This document shows positions 61,037 through 64,000 of a DNA stretch of 64,000 bases, one piece after another. The notes under the pieces were generated by a model. It ran no database searches. It worked only from the letters and a program-made list of their open reading frames with translations, and was not told where the DNA came from. Made by a program: the position numbers and the translations under genes. Within the stretch, counting starts at the first letter, position 1. The number at the start of each line of letters is the position of its first letter. The stretch is from Candidatus Thorarchaeota archaeon (GTDB lineage: Archaea > Asgardarchaeota > Thorarchaeia > Thorarchaeales > Thorarchaeaceae). The DNA is taken from contig JAOUFI010000002.1 in assembly GCA_029858305.1 (NCBI GenBank), positions 1 to 64,000 on the forward strand, given 5' to 3'.

Positions 61037-62311
61037 TCATTTACTTCCTGTAGCATCTACGCTTTCCAGCACTTTATCCGCTGATTTCTTTAATTTTGAA
61101 CGATAACCTCGTGTCGTGTAGACACGCACAGGTTTCAAAATTCTGGAGAAACTCCTTGCCATCGGGCTTAGGTCACTCAGTTTCCAAAACTCGTATCCAC
61201 TTGATCCACGTTCGAATAAAGCAATCCCATCAAGATCGAACTTTCCAGGATAGAAAGTGACAGATGCGCGATCTGGAAAATCGATGTAAACATTATGAGA
61301 ATCAATATCCGCATCCTCAGCAATCTCTTGTTCGATAGAAAAGAGACCATCAGGAGTTGACAACTTATTCAGAAATGCAGGATCGGAGATAGCACGTGTG
61401 CTGACCAATTTTATCAGATAACGTTTGTTGAAATCAGAAAAGATTCGATTTGCAGTTTTGAGTTCTTCACTTTCCTCAGAGTCGACACGAAGAAGTCTGG
61501 TTAGAAAAGTGAGGTCATCATTTTTGAAGAATTCAAGAGTGTTGTCCAGAGGTGAAGGGAAAAGCTGTGAACCAGCTTCATCAAGAACTCGCAATAACAT
61601 CAATTCAGCTGCACGAACAGTCTTATGGAAGTATACAGCATCAAACATGTTGACAGCTGCAGACAAGTATGATTCTAGGGTGAATAGAGAACCACGTTCT
61701 ACAGCAATCTTGTTCTTTGTAATGCGTGTTGCATCAAATAGTCTGTGAAATTCAAGCTGTGCATAATCCACCCCTGCAAAATATGAGTCTCGTTCGAGGT
61801 CGTCAATGAGTTCTGGATTGATAGGACAGTTCTTGATGTCAAGCCTAACACTTTTAATAGGCACACCACGTTCAATCACATCTTGTATCTCTGATTTTGA
61901 AAATCCGTGATTTTCTATTATTGTTCCTATTTCCGTTTTACCAAGAATAGCCTTAGTAATCTTGAGGGGATTGGAACCTCGCATAGTCAAATATTCTTCC
62001 ATAACATTTGACCATGGACCATTTGCGAGCATTAGTAAATAGGACGCCAACCGACCTTTCTGTATCTCCTCGATAGTAGCTCCAAGATATTCTAAGAAAA
62101 TCCTGGTCATATGTAGAAAACCAAGAGTTCTACCGAGGAGTGCAATGTCCGCCCCGGGATAGACTAATGAAAGACCAGCGGGACCCTTGATATACCTAAG
62201 TCTCTGAGATATCCGATGATCAATAAGCTGTTTCTCTACGTCTGAGAGACTTATGTAACCATGAATGGGATCCTTGATTTGGAGGACAGAGGGAAAATCT
62301 GTAATAGGCAT
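61037..62311 (-). CDS. HD-superfamily dNTPase (SAMHD1-like) homolog with degenerate active site
   Basis: IKDPIHGYI, QRLRYIK, LVYPGA, RDSYFAG and VYFHKTVR are retained, but the metal-binding H/HD/D motifs are replaced. Confidence 0.8.
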   Translation of the reverse strand: MPITDFPSVLQIKDPIHGYISLSDVEKQLIDHRISQRLRYIKGPAGLSLVYPGADIALLGRTLGFLHMTRIFLEYLGATIEEIQKGRLASYLLMLANGPWSNVMEEYLTMRGSNPLKITKAILGKTEIGTIIENHGFSKSEIQDVIERGVPIKSVRLDIKNCPINPELIDDLERDSYFAGVDYAQLEFHRLFDATRITKNKIAVERGSLFTLESYLSAAVNMFDAVYFHKTVRAAELMLLRVLDEAGSQLFPSPLDNTLEFFKNDDLTFLTRLLRVDSEESEELKTANRIFSDFNKRYLIKLVSTRAISDPAFLNKLSTPDGLFSIEQEIAEDADIDSHNVYIDFPDRASVTFYPGKFDLDGIALFERGSSGYEFWKLSDLSPMARSFSRILKPVRVYTTRGYRSKLKKSADKVLESVDATGSK

Positions 62312-62399
62312 CTGAATTCAACCCAATATTTACTCAACTGAATGGTATAAAAGTGTCTGAAATACATAACCCTGCTTGCTGCTAGGAGAACCTTCATCA

Positions 62400-64000
62400 A
62401 TGAGTAGGTTTAGTGCCCTATCTATGAACCAGCTGTGGTTTGCGATAATGGTTTGCCTGATGCTGTTTACGCCATCAGATTGCCAAGCTATTGTAAACAC
62501 AGCAGAGGTAAGTATCACGTCAGAAGCCTCACAAATACCAGACCGCCGGATCTATGGAGAGAATATTGCATCAGAGGTATATGCAATTCCAACCTACACT
62601 GGATTTCAAGACCTGGTACATAAATTCACTGAGAATCATTCCAGATGGGTCATGGACCAGGCAATGGTCGATAGAGGAGCTAATATGTATGCTAGAAATT
62701 ATATCGTTGAGCAGCTCAAAGATAGATCTTCGGGGCGTATTGAGGTGGAGATAATTGGTAATCACAAGAATGTAGTAGGTCGACTTCCAGGATATTTGCC
62801 AGGAGATGATAATCCAGTACTTGTAGTATCTGCCCATTATGATTCTGTAAAGGATTCAGACGGGGCTAATGCCGATGGAAGTGGTATCGCGGTTGTCCTT
62901 GAGCTTGCATATGCAATGTCGCAATACATGTGGCCGCTGGATATCTACTTCATTGCGTTTAATGCACTCTATTCATTTCAATTCATGAGTGGTAGTCCGG
63001 AAGTAGCAAATGTGCTCCAACAAAGAGGAATTGATATTCTCGCCATGTACAATGTCGATACCATTCTAGTTACAGATTCAGCACTTCCCTCGGATGAACG
63101 AATCCAGATAGGCTATCTTTCAGGATCCGTTGAAACCTATCACCAAAGCAAATACTGGGGAGATCTAGCACGGATGATTAGCAATAACTATGGAATGAAT
63201 TCATTCGTTCCGATTCCATCTGGTATATTCTACTTATGGGAAACCTCAGATCAGGAGGCATTCTATCAGCGCGGTTATAATAATATACTATGTGTCTTCG
63301 AATCAGGACTCGCAATAGATGGTAGCTATCACAATGTGAATGATCGATGGGACTATCGACAGCTAAACTATAATCTAGGTAAGGAAACCGCAGCTGTCAT
63401 TGGAGCCAGTATGGCTTTCACAATGGGTAGGAAATATGGAGAACCTGTCCAACTCAAATACAATTTTATTATAGGTGGGGGCCGCATCGAGAAATTCTAC
63501 ATGGCAGTCACCACATCCACAATATTGAACATTACAGTTCGTTGGTTCGGTGGCTCAACCTCATACAACGTGTACAATCCAAGTAATACTCTTGTAGCTA
63601 GCGCAATCTGTGATTATACTTCAGCCTGGGTTCCAACTAACATCCTGAATATACCTGTAACCGCTAAGGGTCTGTATGCTCTTGAAATTGAAAATACAAA
63701 CTTTGTCAGTGTTGGTTATGAGTTGACTATTACGTATGATTCAGATATCGACGGTAACGGGATTCTGGATAGCCAGGAATACTGGCTTGATGAGAGTCTG
63801 TTTGTGACAGACCAGGACAATGATGGTATCAGTGATGCAGAAGAGATATTCCTAGGGACAGATGGCAATCAGGTTGATTCTGACGGCGATACGATGGATG
63901 ACAAATACGAAGTTGACATGGGATTCGACCCCAATGATGCATCAGATGGAAATCTCGACGCTGACTCGGATGGACTAACAAATGCACAAGAGTACTCTGG
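62400..64000 (+). CDS. Secreted M28-family peptidase-like protein with DxDxDG Ca-binding repeats, truncated by the window end
   Basis: Manual translation of both ends (same frame): hydrophobic leader, NVVGRLPG, SAHYDS, GANADGSG, YH..ND, then DIDGNG, DQDNDG, DSDGD and DADSDG repeats. Absent from the ORF track, consistent with no stop codon in the window. Confidence 0.85.
   Translation, partial: MSRFSALSMNQLWFAIMVCLMLFTPSDCQAIVNTAEVSITSEASQIPDRRIYGENIASEVYAIPTYTGFQDLVHKFTENHSRWVMDQAMVDRGANMYARNYIVEQLKDRSSGRIEVEIIGNHKNVVGRLPGYLPGDDNPVLVVSAHYDSVKDSDGANADGSGIAVVLELAYAMSQYMWPLDIYFIAFNALYSFQFMSGSPEVANVLQQRGIDILAMYNVDTILVTDSALPSDERIQIGYLSGSVETYHQSKYWGDLARMISNNYGMNSFVPIPSGIFYLWETSDQEAFYQRGYNNILCVFESGLAIDGSYHNVNDRWDYRQLNYNLGKETAAVIGASMAFTMGRKYGEPVQLKYNFIIGGGRIEKFYMAVTTSTILNITVRWFGGSTSYNVYNPSNTLVASAICDYTSAWVPTNILNIPVTAKGLYALEIENTNFVSVGYELTITYDSDIDGNGILDSQEYWLDESLFVTDQDNDGISDAEEIFLGTDGNQVDSDGDTMDDKYEVDMGFDPNDASDGNLDADSDGLTNAQEYS

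Overview
Gene-dense archaeal chromosomal window, most likely from an Asgard archaeon (Thorarchaeia-like). This assignment is inferred from the group II chaperonin, the HMGS-thiolase-DUF35 operon, ZPR1, DUF2070, a longin-like protein, a WD40 plus PCI-like protein and an SMC5/6-type SMC. Housekeeping content includes sdhA (partial), fumC, korAB, thermosome, trxB, mevalonate-entry genes, a PPAT-DPCK fusion, nnr, nfnAB, hppA, ubiX, a heterodimeric ABC exporter with a PadR regulator, and tRNA-Ala(UGC). The main result is in the apparent intergenic gap at 34234-34969. It encodes, on the minus strand, four tandem related 32-37 aa peptides missing from the ORF track, three with a conserved C-terminal [LI]ST[ED]A-x-x-[YW]AY[LF]..R motif. 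They follow a TATA box, are split 2+2 by a structured spacer, and are translationally coupled to an MFS exporter. This cassette sits inside an SMC5/6-like locus (inactive AAA, SMC, kleisin, then a KITE-like tandem winged-helix protein). Other notable items are two paralogous proteins with eight CxxC-x21-CxxH/CxNGH repeats fused to adaptin-appendage-like domains, several apparent pseudoenzymes, a probable AUU start codon, and a 27-bp tRNA 3'-end duplication. All calls come from reading motifs by eye; no searches were run.
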